Shown here: positions 29,668 to 39,682 of the stretch, in pieces
How the letters are laid out: each line of letters begins with the position of its first letter
How positions within the stretch are numbered: position 1 is the stretch's first letter
DNA from: Chloroflexota bacterium
GTDB lineage: Bacteria > Chloroflexota > Anaerolineae > Anaerolineales > UBA11579
Reading direction: 5' to 3'
Length of the DNA stretch: 64,000 nucleotides
Assembly (NCBI GenBank): GCA_023485685.1
Contig: JAMCZK010000049.1
Location: 1,778-65,777, forward strand
The notes under the pieces: generated by a model
Seen by the model: only the letters and a program-made list of their open reading frames with translations
Database searches by the model: none
Told to the model about the DNA's origin: nothing
Made by a program: the position numbers and the translations under genes

Positions 29668-29727
29668 AAAAAAGAACGGCCAGCGTTCTCACCACAGTTT
29701 TGATAAGCCGGGTGGGCTGTAACCGGC
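29668..29727 (-). promoter_or_regulatory. preQ1 class I riboswitch with terminator expression platform
   Basis: Stem GCCGG/CCGGC, loop TTACAGCCCAC, A-rich tail TTATCAAAACTG able to pair with loop CAG, then GAGAACG-CTGGC-CGTTCTTTTTT. Confidence 0.85.
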
Positions 29728-29812
29728 AAACGCCATAAAGTGGCGATTGAAAATCGTCACTTGATGAAAGTACATCACATTATAATCACTGTGTTCGTTC
29801 GTCATATTAGCT

Positions 29813-30169
29813 ATGAGCGCGATGGAACAACTTACCGAGAAGCCCTGTGTCCCTTGCAGGGGAGACGAACCTGCCTTCACGCCCGCTCAAATTAAGGAAT
29901 ACAAGCCACAGGTGCCCGACTGGGAATTGGTGGAGGAAAATGACGTCCCGCGCCTGCGGCGCGCCTTCAAGTTCAAGAATTTTTCCGAAGCGCTAACCTT
30001 CACCCAAAAAGTGGGGGAACTAGCCGAAGAGCAAGGTCATCATCCGGCCATCATCACCGAATGGGGCAAAGTGACGGTGACTTGGTGGACGCACAAGATC
30101 AAAGGCTTGCACCAAAACGACTTCATCATGGCCGCCAAGACCGATAAGCTCTACGCCAACTTGGGCTAG
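29813..30169 (+). CDS. phhB: Pterin-4-alpha-carbinolamine dehydratase
   Basis: CVPC, FKFKNF, AEEQGHHP, WWTHKIKGLHQNDFIMAAK. Confidence 0.92.
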   Translation: MSAMEQLTEKPCVPCRGDEPAFTPAQIKEYKPQVPDWELVEENDVPRLRRAFKFKNFSEALTFTQKVGELAEEQGHHPAIITEWGKVTVTWWTHKIKGLHQNDFIMAAKTDKLYANLG

Positions 30170-30201
30170 TTGCAGCCTTGCAAAGAGCCTGCCCTGAGCG
30201 A

Positions 30202-31539
30202 ATGGGTAGGACTAAGATCATCTTGATTTCGACATCAACCGTCGCGAGATCCCTGGTCAGTTCATTCATTGCCTTGCAGTTGTTGGCGTGCAGTGTTCCG
30301 CCTGACGCGACGAATCAGCCTGGGGCAGGAAGCCAGGTGCCAGGACAAACACAGGCGTCCGCTTCCGAAACGGCAGCAGTGGTTCCCACCGCGACCGCAT
30401 CCTCGACCCCGGAAAATATTCCCGACCTATCGCGGGAGACCATCATCCTCGCCGCATTCTGCGACCAGTCCAGTCTGCTGGCGAGTGACAACTCGGGCCG
30501 CATCCGAGCCTTACAGGACGCGGTGGCCGCCATCAATGAAAGTGGCGGTATCTTCGGGGCAGAGCTGGATTTACGCTTAATAGACACTCAAGGGAATTCA
30601 GATGAATCCCAACGGGCATTGGCGCGAACAGTGCGCCAAATCGGTGAGGGTTCATTAGTGTTGATTTGCGACCCGCAGACCGAAGCCGCCTTGCGCGCGA
30701 TGCTGAACGAAGACGAAATTCCGGCGCTTGGCCCCGGCGATTTTGCTATTCGCGGCGAATTTATCTTCGGCGTGGACGCCGATCCTAAGGAGCATCTCGG
30801 CTTCTTCCTCGATGATTTGGCTTCCCATTGGGCCAAACGCAAACCCGAAGGGGCGGGCGATGAGATCCGGCTGGCGTTGATAGCGTGGCCTGCAGAGGTC
30901 AGCGGTCCATTGACCAACGAGGAATTCCTATCGGACCTCGAAGACCTAAGTATACAGATTGTCTATCAGGTCGAGTTACCTGCAGAGTTGAATGCGAATA
31001 TCTTCGACCTCATCTACCAACTCCGCGACGCGAATGCCAACGTTATTTACACCAACGCGCGCGGTTTTGGGCTGGCAGCCTTGCTGAATGCGCTGGACGC
31101 GTTGGGGTTGCGCGACCGTTTCATCGTGGGTACTCCGGCCTCAGGATACAACAGCCAACTCTTCGAGTACCTGGCCAATCCCACAAACTCACAGGGCTTG
31201 TACCTCTCCTCAGCCTGGGCTTGGTGGAGCGAAGAGGAACATCCAGGAATTCAGCTGGCAAAGGTAATAGGCGCCGGCGAAGAGATGAGCGACTGGGGCT
31301 ACATCCAGATGGCGGGCGCAGTTGCGCTGGCGCAGCGCGTGCTGGAGAATGCGATCCTCGATGTCGGATTCGAAGCGCTGAGCCCTGAAGCAGTCGCCCG
31401 TGCACTGAACGCTCTGGTGGATTATCCTGTGATGTCGGGTTTGTTCACGGTGGATTATTCGGGTGGATCGCGATCGCTGGATCAGTTGCACATCTGGGCG
31501 GCGGGAGTTACGCCCGGTGAATTGGAACTTGTAGAATGA
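30202..31539 (+). CDS. Type I periplasmic-binding (branched-chain amino acid ABC-like) lipoprotein; start uncertain
   Basis: Lipobox LLAC; AVAAINESGGIFGAELDLRLIDT; no cognate permease nearby. Confidence 0.75.
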   Translation: MGRTKIILISTSTVARSLVSSFIALQLLACSVPPDATNQPGAGSQVPGQTQASASETAAVVPTATASSTPENIPDLSRETIILAAFCDQSSLLASDNSGRIRALQDAVAAINESGGIFGAELDLRLIDTQGNSDESQRALARTVRQIGEGSLVLICDPQTEAALRAMLNEDEIPALGPGDFAIRGEFIFGVDADPKEHLGFFLDDLASHWAKRKPEGAGDEIRLALIAWPAEVSGPLTNEEFLSDLEDLSIQIVYQVELPAELNANIFDLIYQLRDANANVIYTNARGFGLAALLNALDALGLRDRFIVGTPASGYNSQLFEYLANPTNSQGLYLSSAWAWWSEEEHPGIQLAKVIGAGEEMSDWGYIQMAGAVALAQRVLENAILDVGFEALSPEAVARALNALVDYPVMSGLFTVDYSGGSRSLDQLHIWAAGVTPGELELVE

Positions 31540-31638
31540 CAATTCACACTAGATGCACAACGGGACGTCCTGATCAGATGCCCGGCAGTCGCACTGATGG
31601 GCGGGGCGTAGTGCAACTGCGTCCCATCTTTAAGTTTT

Positions 31639-31692
31639 CGGAGTCAAGGCTTCAGCCGGTTCTCAGGTAATCCGGCTAAAGCCTCGACTCCT
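31639..31692. repeat. REP-like imperfect palindrome
   Basis: ggagtcaaggcttcagccgg...ccggctaaagcctcgactcc. Confidence 0.65.
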
Positions 31693-31721
31693 GACTACTT
31701 AACCGAGTCCCATCGGATAAC

Positions 31722-32987
31722 TTAGTAGGTTGTCTCTGCCACTTTTTTCAGCAAACGATCGCGTTTGATCGCGTCGCCCAGTTTCACTTCACGCGCCCCC
31801 AAGTATTTACAAAACGCCTTCACGCAATCCTGCAGCGCAGAGAGCATGGCCTCATCCTTTTTATCCACTCCAGATTGCCACCACCAATTCTGGATCGTGA
31901 ATGTCCCGCTGGCGCGGTCGAAAGCCGGATCCAGGCGGGCGACGAGGCGGTCGCCATAGAGAACGGGCAACACGTAGTAGCCATATTGGCGCTTGGAGGC
32001 AGGCACATACACCTCCCAGCGGTAAAAGAAATCAAAGAGCTGCTCCAATAGGTCGCGATCCCACATCAAGTTGTCCAATGGCGCCAGGAAAGCTGCACTC
32101 AGTTTGCTGCTGCCGCGTTTTGCTGCTTTTTCCAATTCCGGAAGGTCCGCTCGTCGAATAAAAAAATCTTGTCCTGAGACTCCCTCTACATCCACGCGGG
32201 CCACTTCACCGCGCCCTTGAAGGCGGGCAAGCGAAACAGGAAAGCTGCCTCCTTTGGAACGCAGGATGCCTACCCACTGGTTGCTGCTGCCTCCCGGGCG
32301 GATCATTCCCATCGCGGCGATGCGCCGCATTACATGCCAGTCCTTATAGCTTTCAGGCGAGGAATGAGGATGGGTTTCTTCTTTTGGGCGCCCATTCAGC
32401 CAACGTTTGGACAAATCGAAATATCTGCGTGTTCCCACCCGGTGATGGACAACGACCTCGCCCGAAATGAACATAATATCCAGCGCAATGCGGGCGGCGC
32501 GGGCATTGTTTCCCCACCACCATTGCATGCGCGTATCCTCTTCGAGCTCCAGGGATGAAAGGGGGCCGCGCTCTTCCAATTCCTTACGCACCCATTCGAG
32601 AAGTTTTGTGGCCTTGGCTGTGCTTGTGTGCCCCATGTATTCCTTGCCCATGACTTCACGATAGCCGGCAAAATAAGGCCAGTCCTCCACAGGGTAGATC
32701 GACATCACTTTGTCGAAACCATCCACGAGTTTGCGGTCGCTATAGAGAGCCTCGTCGAGCATCGCGGGCCGATAGCCCTTCACGCGGGATTGCAGCACCA
32801 GGTGTGGGTTTTGGCCGACGACATTAATTGGATCGTACTGGATGCAATTCACGTGTCGGACATAATCCAGCACGCCCTGCTTGCCGACCAGCCTGCGCGG
32901 GGGCAGCAAACAATGATGGGACAGCAGAAATCGACGCGCCTGATCTTTGCTGATAGTGATTTCGGCCGGAGGTACTTTAGGCGGCAT
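31722..32987 (-). CDS. YcaQ/AlkZ-like (HTH_42) DNA glycosylase / crosslink repair protein
   Basis: IQYDPINVV (QxD motif), HLVLQSRV, LAPLDNLMWDR, FYRWEVYVP..KRQYGYYVLPVL. Confidence 0.88.
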   Translation of the reverse strand: MPPKVPPAEITISKDQARRFLLSHHCLLPPRRLVGKQGVLDYVRHVNCIQYDPINVVGQNPHLVLQSRVKGYRPAMLDEALYSDRKLVDGFDKVMSIYPVEDWPYFAGYREVMGKEYMGHTSTAKATKLLEWVRKELEERGPLSSLELEEDTRMQWWWGNNARAARIALDIMFISGEVVVHHRVGTRRYFDLSKRWLNGRPKEETHPHSSPESYKDWHVMRRIAAMGMIRPGGSSNQWVGILRSKGGSFPVSLARLQGRGEVARVDVEGVSGQDFFIRRADLPELEKAAKRGSSKLSAAFLAPLDNLMWDRDLLEQLFDFFYRWEVYVPASKRQYGYYVLPVLYGDRLVARLDPAFDRASGTFTIQNWWWQSGVDKKDEAMLSALQDCVKAFCKYLGAREVKLGDAIKRDRLLKKVAETTY

Positions 32988-33067
32988 AACGGACAGCATT
33001 ATCAGGCAAGCTGCCGCCCGCGGCAAGAGGCACTCTTCAGCCTTGAGCGGAGGGCTATAATCGCCGA

Positions 33068-33448
33068 GTGATCGAAGCAATTGTTTTAGCTTTGATATCC
33101 GACTTGTACTTCGTGTCCAGAGTAAGGAACGCAGCCAAGCATGCCGGGCTTGCACTTGAAACATTGGATGCTTATAAAACAGTTCTCGAATTCCTCGAAC
33201 TCCTGCATCGCCACCCACCTAAGCTCATCGTACTCGACCTCAACTCGGCGTTGCCGTGGCCCGAATGGTTGCCGGCTGCCAAGGCCGACCCGCGGCTAGC
33301 ATCCATTCCCTGGTTAGCTTTTGGCTCGCATATGAATCCGCGGCGGCTTGCCGCCGCGCGGCATGCGGCCGCCGACAAGGTGGTGCCGAAATCACAGTTC
33401 ATCGCAGAACTGAATGAATCTTTACGTTCATTAAATAAAAGTGGATAA
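33068..33448 (+). CDS. Single-domain receiver-like protein
   Basis: SDLYFVSRV, PKLIVLDL, AFGSHM, AADKVVPKS; TATAAT 6 nt before GTG. Confidence 0.75.
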   Translation: MIEAIVLALISDLYFVSRVRNAAKHAGLALETLDAYKTVLEFLELLHRHPPKLIVLDLNSALPWPEWLPAAKADPRLASIPWLAFGSHMNPRRLAAARHAAADKVVPKSQFIAELNESLRSLNKSG

Positions 33449-33458
33449 GTTTTAAACA

Positions 33459-33489
33459 AAAAGGAGACGCGCTTTGCGCGTCTCCTTTT
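33459..33489. terminator. Bidirectional terminator
   Basis: aaaaggagacgcgc-ttt-gcgcgtctcctttt. Confidence 0.85.
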
Positions 33490-33513
33490 CTTTTGATACA
33501 AAATTAGCCCGTT

Positions 33514-34134
33514 TTACAGCGCACCCATAAAGGCGAAACCAGCCACCACGGAGCCGAGAATAGCTGTGACGATGAAGATCGCGATCCAGGCGATAACAAT
33601 CGTGACGATTGTCTGCGTCCAATCCAGGCCGATAGCTTCCTTGATCGCGATGGCTGAAGCGACCGCGCTCAGCACGGCAGCCGCCAGACCCAGGATGCCA
33701 GTCAGGCAAAGGAAGGCGGGACTGATAATAGCCAGCACAACCAGAACGCCGACGATCTGCCACACGTAAGCCAACCCGACGGTGCGGACAACTTCGTCAA
33801 ATTTCACGGTTGCCTTGAACACAGAATTGGCCACAAACATGATCGCATAGGCGCCAACCGCAAAGGCGACGACGCCGATTACCATGCTAACAATGGAGCC
33901 CACCAGTGATGCGCTGGTAGCGGCTCCCACAGCACCCAGGTCGCCAAACTCGCCAAGCGCACCCAAAGTTGCGACGGCAATGGCCCCAGCAGCCAGATAC
34001 CCGGCCAACTGGTTGATCACGTTCACTACGACCACAATGCCCCAAGCGGTGGGCGTGAAGGAGGTATCCTTCTTCACGTCGGCATACACTTCACGTTTGA
34101 ACGTGAAGGCCCCGATAATGCGATCCAATAACAT
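33514..34134 (-). CDS. Yip1-family membrane protein
   Basis: RIIGAFTFKREVYADV, FDEVVRTVGLA, about 5 TM; AAGGAG SD. Confidence 0.75.
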   Translation of the reverse strand: MLLDRIIGAFTFKREVYADVKKDTSFTPTAWGIVVVVNVINQLAGYLAAGAIAVATLGALGEFGDLGAVGAATSASLVGSIVSMVIGVVAFAVGAYAIMFVANSVFKATVKFDEVVRTVGLAYVWQIVGVLVVLAIISPAFLCLTGILGLAAAVLSAVASAIAIKEAIGLDWTQTIVTIVIAWIAIFIVTAILGSVVAGFAFMGAL

Positions 34135-34208
34135 AGCTATCTCCTTTGATAGGACGGATAAGAACTTCTACCTTACATTAACCCCAAATTAGCATAAAGT
34201 TTCTTGGG

Positions 34209-35228
34209 CTACAAGTCCTGAATTCCAGGAATTCCCCCGGCGCCTTTGGCGGCGCGTACCGCACGCACTACGGCCTCGGCGACCACCTCAGCGGCGAAGG
34301 CGCCCACGATGTTGATGTCGGCTTTGCGCTTGCCGGTGGCCAGCGTAAAGAGCGTATCCCCGTCCAGCATGGTGTTGGCGGGACGAATGCTGCGGGCGAT
34401 ACCGTTGGTGGCCATGCGCGCCACCTTGGTGGCGCCTTGCTTGTCAAGCTTCGCATTGGTAGCCACCACGCCGATGACGGTGTTGCCGCGCTGGGCGAAG
34501 CCCAGAATGCTACGCCCCACCAGACTTTTCATCACCCGCAATGTATCGGCAAAAGAGTCTTTGCCAATCTTGATAGGCCCTTTCTTCAAGCTACGCGCCC
34601 CGGCAATGATCTTTCCCGTTTCGGGATCAATTATGTCGCCAAAAGCGTTGACAGCCACGAGGGCACCCACCTGCACTCCGGCGCCGATCTCCATGGCAGC
34701 CGTACCGATACCGCCCTTCATGGCTTGGCCCATACCTAGGATTTTTCCCACAGTAGCCCCAGCGCCAGCGCCAACAGACCCTTCAGCAGGAGCGGAACTG
34801 CTGGCATTCAGGCAAGCCTGGTAACCCATCTCTGCATCCGGCCGACGTTTGCTGGAACCAATGCCGAGATCAAACAGGATCGCGGCGGGCACAATGGGCA
34901 CGCGAGCCACACCGACGTTGAAACCAACTTTCTTTTCTTCCAGATAACGGACGGCACCGCTGGCGGCGTCCAAGCCAAAGGCCGAGCCGCCTGCCAGCAT
35001 GACGGCGTGCACTTTGTCCACCAGGTGTACGGGCTGCAAGGCATCTGTCTCGCGCGTACCAGGTGCTCCGCCTCGCTGGTCCACGCCGCCGACGGCGCCT
35101 TTTCCGCAAAGGATGACGGTGCAACCAGTGATGGACTCTTTATCTTGGGCGTGGCCGACGCGGATGCCATCGATGAGAGTTATCGAAGCATTCGATTTAC
35201 CACTTTTCGCTGACTTAACGTTAGTCAT
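34209..35228 (-). CDS. Peptidase S58 (DmpA/P1 family)
   Basis: GIRVGH, TGCTV, RGGAPGTRET, GGSAFGL, VNAFGD, NTVIGVVATN, DGDTLF. Confidence 0.92.
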   Translation of the reverse strand: MTNVKSAKSGKSNASITLIDGIRVGHAQDKESITGCTVILCGKGAVGGVDQRGGAPGTRETDALQPVHLVDKVHAVMLAGGSAFGLDAASGAVRYLEEKKVGFNVGVARVPIVPAAILFDLGIGSSKRRPDAEMGYQACLNASSSAPAEGSVGAGAGATVGKILGMGQAMKGGIGTAAMEIGAGVQVGALVAVNAFGDIIDPETGKIIAGARSLKKGPIKIGKDSFADTLRVMKSLVGRSILGFAQRGNTVIGVVATNAKLDKQGATKVARMATNGIARSIRPANTMLDGDTLFTLATGKRKADINIVGAFAAEVVAEAVVRAVRAAKGAGGIPGIQDL

Positions 35229-35257
35229 CAGGGCACCTCTTCAAGTCATAAACGAAT

Positions 35258-35356
35258 GACCACAAAGTCACAAAGGACACGAAGATACTTAATATAATTA
35301 ATTCTTTGTGCTCCCATTCGCTTCGCTCAGGACATGCTTTGTGTCTTTGTGGTTAA
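35258..35356. repeat. CACAAAG-type palindromic repeat interrupted by a second repeat at 35313-35337
   Basis: accacaaagtcacaaaggacacgaaga ... tctttgtgct[cccattcgcttcgctcaggacatgc]tttgtgtctttgtggt; related arm near 1264-1292. Confidence 0.7.
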
Positions 35357-35482
35357 CCTTTACGAATCTTGGGCCCGCGTTTCGAGCAAGCGGCGACCGA
35401 AATCTTTAGACGCCCAGCAGTTGCACTGCTGGGCAGGGCGGGTCCTAGACCCGCCCCTACGGTTTTTCAAATATTGCTCACT

Positions 35483-35950
35483 CTAATCTTCTTCATCTTC
35501 GCGCTTCTCCCGCAAGCGACGTGTGAAATCCGGCATGCGGCGGCGGTATTCCACGTCCATCAGCGGCGAGGTGATCAGGAAATCCGCCGTGGCGCGATTG
35601 GAAGCCGTGGGGATGTTGTGCAGCACGGCCAGACGCAGCAGCGCCTTCACATCGGGATCATGCGGTTGCGGCTCCAGCGGATCCCAGAAGAAGACCAACA
35701 TGTCGATCTCGCGGGTGGCGATAGCCGCGCCGATCTGCTGGTCGCCGCCCAGCGGACCGCTCATAAAGCGGTTGAAGGGCAAACCAGTTTCGGCAGCAAT
35801 CAACGCGCCCGTGCCGCCAGTACCATATAAATCATGCTTCGCAAGCTCATCACGATTATGTTTGACCCACTCGACCAAGTCGCCTTTGCGACCGTCGTGG
35901 GCCACGAGGGCGATGCGTTTTTTTGCCGGTAGTTTTTCAGTGTTGGGCAT
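35483..35950 (-). CDS. mgsA: Methylglyoxal synthase
   Basis: IALVAHD, GTGGTG, SGPLGGDQQIG, FFWDPL...HDPDVKALLR. Confidence 0.96.
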   Translation of the reverse strand: MPNTEKLPAKKRIALVAHDGRKGDLVEWVKHNRDELAKHDLYGTGGTGALIAAETGLPFNRFMSGPLGGDQQIGAAIATREIDMLVFFWDPLEPQPHDPDVKALLRLAVLHNIPTASNRATADFLITSPLMDVEYRRRMPDFTRRLREKREDEED

Positions 35951-36026
35951 GGAGCATCCTTTCCACACGATAACTATAAGCGAAAATCGAATAGAATGAC
36001 CAGCCCCACCGCTTATAATCGCCCGC

Positions 36027-37750
36027 ATGACCAACAAAGAACTGGCCGATACCTTCGCCTTAGTCGCCGATCTGTTGGAAATCAAGGGGGAGATCATCTA
36101 CAAGACCCTGGCTTACCGCAAAGCGGCCGAGAGTCTCACCAGCCTGGGACGTGACGTGAAAGACATCTGGAAAGAGGGCGGACAAAAAGCCCTGCTGGAT
36201 ATCCCCGGTGTAGGGAAAGCCATCGCCGAAAAAATCGAAGAATTGCTGAAAACAGGCAAGCTCGAATATCTGGAGAAAGTCAAAAAGGAAGTACCTCCCG
36301 AGTTGGCGACCCTGCTGCAAATCCCGGACCTTGGCCCTAAGAAAGTCGGGATGTTCTACAAGAAACTGGGCATCCTGACCATTGACCAATTAAAAGAAGC
36401 GGCCCAGCAGCAGAAATTGCGCGAGTTGCCGGGCATGGGCGAGAAATCTGAGGCGAAAATATTGGCGGGCATCGAGTCGCTGGGTCGCCGCAGCGGGCGC
36501 TTGCTGCTTGGCCATTTGCTGCCGTTTGCCCAGGAATTGCTGGCCAGCGTGCGCATAATGCCAGGGGTAAAAGCCGCCGAGTTGGCTGGCAGCCTGCGGC
36601 GCATGTGCCACACCGTGGGTGACATCGCTTATTGGTGGCTGCCAGAAAACCGGAAGATGTCATTGCTGGTTTCACGGCTGCCCCCAACGTGGCACGCGTC
36701 ACGAGCCAAGGCCCAGTGAAAGCTGGAGTGGAATACCACAATGGCATGCGCGCTCAAATCTGGGTACATCAGCCGAAGCGGTTCGGCACCGCGTTGCAAT
36801 ACGCCACCGGCTCCAAAAACCACAACGTGCGCCTGCGCGAAATGGCGCTCGATAAAGGTCTCTCGCTTTCCGACCAGGCATTCCTGCGCGAAGACCAGAC
36901 CGAGATCCTCTGCTCCACCGAGGAGGAGGTCTATCAGCAATTGGACCTGCCCTGGATTCCCCCGGAGTTGCGCGAAGACCGCGGTGAGATCCAGGCGGCC
37001 CTCAAAGGGGAGCTGCCTAAGCTCATCGAAGTAAAAAATATCCGCGCCGAGCTACATTGCCACACCAGCTGGAGTGATGGGCAATCTAGTATCCGAGAGG
37101 TGGCCGAAGGCGCCAGGAAGCGCGGCTACAAAACCCTAGCCGTCACAGACCACTCGCCCAGCATCGGGTTGGTCAATGGTCTTTCCATCGAACGGCTGCA
37201 GGCGCAGCGCAAAGAAATCGAAAAATTACGCAAGAAGATGGGTGATACCTTGCTCATCCTCCACGGGGTTGAAGTGGAAATCAAAGCCGATGGCAGCTTG
37301 GATTATCCGGACGATATCCTCGAATGGCTCGACATCGTCATTGCCTCCTTGCACGTCAGCATCCGGCAACCCCGTTCCCAGGTGACCGAGCGCCTTTTGG
37401 CCGCCATGCGCAATCCCCACGTGGATATCATCGGGCATCCCAGCAACCGCATGCTGCCCGATCGTGAAGGGGCCGACCTCGATTGGGATGCCGTACTTAA
37501 GGTGGCCGCCGAGACGGGCACCGCCCTGGAGATCAACGCCAACCCGCGGCGCCTGGATCTCGATGACGCCCAAGCCCGCCGGGCCATCGAGATGGGCGTC
37601 CGGCTGGCGATCAATACCGACGCACATCACCCTGATCATATGGATTTCCTGCCCTTCGGCGTGGCTACCGCCCGTCGCGGCTGGGTCACCGCCGCGGACG
37701 TCATCAACGCCTGGACGCCGAAGCAGATCAAGGAGTGGCTCAAAAACTAA
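36027..37750 (+). CDS. polX: DNA polymerase X / PHP exonuclease, frameshifted at about 36627
   Basis: AYRKAA, IPGVGKAIA, AGSLRR...TVGDI[D]LL (one A missing), ATGSKNHN, IPPELRE, PHP motifs HCHT..SDG, TDH, NTDAH. Confidence 0.9.
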
Positions 37751-37920
37751 AAGTGCAAGGAAATAAAGAAGGGGGAAATGGCGTATTTTGCAAACCAGGG
37801 GTCAAATGCCACTACTTATTTGGGGCAAGGACTCCTTCCTTTCCTGACCACGCTTTTCTAAAATAAAGCATTAGCTTAAGTAAGCCAGGCTCTGTCACCA
37901 GTTTCAAAAGGAGAGATGAA

Positions 37921-38394
37921 ATGAAGAGATTAGTCTTGTTCAGCAGCATCCTGTTAATTCTGCTGACGGCCTGCCAGGCGGCGCCCACCTCTACGCCAAC
38001 GCCTGCGCCTCCCACAGACACGCCGATCCCTCCCACTGCCACGCCGCTACCTTTTGGCATCATCGGATCCGTGCAATACACTGGGAACTCGCAGGGTGGC
38101 CTCTTTGTGCAGGTCATGGATCAGCCTCCAGCCGAAGGTGAAAACCCAAATCCTGCCCAGGTCAGTGTGTTCGATACCACCTCGGGGGAATTCATGTGGG
38201 AACTGCCCCCCGGCACCTACTACATTGTCGCCTTCCTGACCATTGATCGCGAACCACAAGGTCCTCCGCTGCCCAATGAACCCGTGGTCTCGTGCGATCC
38301 CATTCAACTTGGCGCTGATCAGACCTTGACTGTACAGATTGACCTAAATGACTCGGACATGGGCGGTCAGACCAAATCGTGTGTAGTTCCCTAG
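37921..38394 (+). CDS. Lipoprotein with PT-rich linker and a beta-sandwich-like domain
   Basis: Lipobox LTAC; PTSTPTPAPPTDTP; LPPGTYYIVAF; terminator at about 38400-38432. Confidence 0.8.
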   Translation: MKRLVLFSSILLILLTACQAAPTSTPTPAPPTDTPIPPTATPLPFGIIGSVQYTGNSQGGLFVQVMDQPPAEGENPNPAQVSVFDTTSGEFMWELPPGTYYIVAFLTIDREPQGPPLPNEPVVSCDPIQLGADQTLTVQIDLNDSDMGGQTKSCVVP

Positions 38395-38789
38395 GGAGCA
38401 AAGAAGAGAGCCCGGTGGCTCTCTTTTTTTTATTGAAGAGAATTGGGGAGTGACTTATTTCTGGACGACCCTTGTGGTCTGAAAATACCGAGTATTTGCA
38501 TTTTAGCCTAATTTGAGCCGTCGCAATAATGAGGATCTTTTTTGCAACACTTCTGGCTGCAAAAGTTCTATATATCACAAATACGTATCCTAAATATTTA
38601 CAGCAACGCGCTTCTTTTGCATGGTTACCTATTCGCATCGAACTAAACACTTACACTTGAAACGATATAAATACACCGGGAGCCCGCTTTTTTGCTCAAA
38701 CATTTGCCCCCCCCTTTTTTAGGGCATTTGCCCCTATCTTGTAACTAGTATCCTAGTATTAATATAAATAGCCTAATAAGGAGGTACTA

Positions 38790-39056
38790 ATGAAGGTTTA
38801 CATGGACCGCACAAACTGCACTTGCTGGCAAGCAGCCTGTGAAAGTTCATTCGGCTGGCGTCTTATGCACTTACTTAAGGGCGAAGTATTGCCCGGGGGT
38901 TGCATGTATGCATTCGAAGAGGACGGCAAAAGGCCTATCACCTTTTTTATCCATGACCACGACGGCGACAAGGTTTTGTCGGTCAACGATCAAAACTGGC
39001 CAGATGCGTACGACTCCTGGCTGTATCTGTGGCAAAGACAGAAAGAAACGATTTAG
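38790..39056 (+). CDS. Small Cys-containing protein, paralog A
   Basis: AAGGAGGT SD; aligns end to end with 39199..39462. Confidence 0.75.
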   Translation: MKVYMDRTNCTCWQAACESSFGWRLMHLLKGEVLPGGCMYAFEEDGKRPITFFIHDHDGDKVLSVNDQNWPDAYDSWLYLWQRQKETI

Positions 39057-39198
39057 TCGAATCTAATTTACTTTGACCAACGACGCATGGTATCCATATC
39101 TTGGGGATGAAGGCCCTCCATGCGCCCGTCGATTATCCAATAATAAGACTGCTAATTCAGTATTTACCGTTAGGGCTTTGTTCAATTAGAAAGGTACC

Positions 39199-39462
39199 AT
39201 GCAAGTCATTTTGGATCGCTGCTTATGTAACCGCCGGGATTTTTCTTGCGAAACCTGTTTTGCTAGCCACCTGGTGCAAAACGATTTCTCACAAGCTGCC
39301 TGCTGGCTGAGCACCGCCGATACGCAACGCCCGGAATTTTTATTCAAGATATATGACCGCGACCAGAGCATTAAGACCCTGGTTGTGAAACAAGAAAATT
39401 TGCTCCCTGCACTGGTATCGTGGATTAATTTGTGGGAACAGCAGGCTGGGCCTGTCATCTGA
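39199..39462 (+). CDS. Small Cys-containing protein, paralog B
   Basis: AAGGT SD; shares M.V..DR..C......CE..F and SW..LW..Q with paralog A. Confidence 0.75.
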   Translation: MQVILDRCLCNRRDFSCETCFASHLVQNDFSQAACWLSTADTQRPEFLFKIYDRDQSIKTLVVKQENLLPALVSWINLWEQQAGPVI

Positions 39463-39481
39463 ATACTGCACATGCATTTCA

Positions 39482-39682
39482 ATGGCAAGAGAATTGATGA
39501 TTGACCGGGCTATTTATTTGGTAGATGACGAAAAAAAGAGTTATCGATACCTACGCAGAAATCCGGGTTGGGAAAAGCTAGACCCCGGCCAGAACGAAAC
39601 TAATAAGAAGCACATAGACGGATACACACGAACTTTCAAAGATGGCTGAACGAAAACATTTCACTTCAAGGACTCGCGATGA
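39482..39682 (+). pseudogene. Small ORF with internal TGA at 39647
   Basis: MARELMIDRAIYLVDDEKKSYRYLRRNP...RTFKDG*TKTFHFKDSR*; the second stop overlaps the next start (ATGA). Confidence 0.55.

Noticed and set aside
35951..36097. Long N-terminal extensions in the track for mgsA (also sodA, ycaQ-like, fumarase-like and oxidoreductase alpha)
   Set aside because: They overlap neighbouring genes, promoters or repeats; downstream starts match family N-termini and SD or -10 positions.
25607..39649. TGA reassignment or selenocysteine suggested by two in-frame TGA codons
   Set aside because: Many intact genes here end in TGA (recD2, tilS, fumarase-like gene), there is no evident SECIS or redox context, and point mutations from TGG or CGA explain both.
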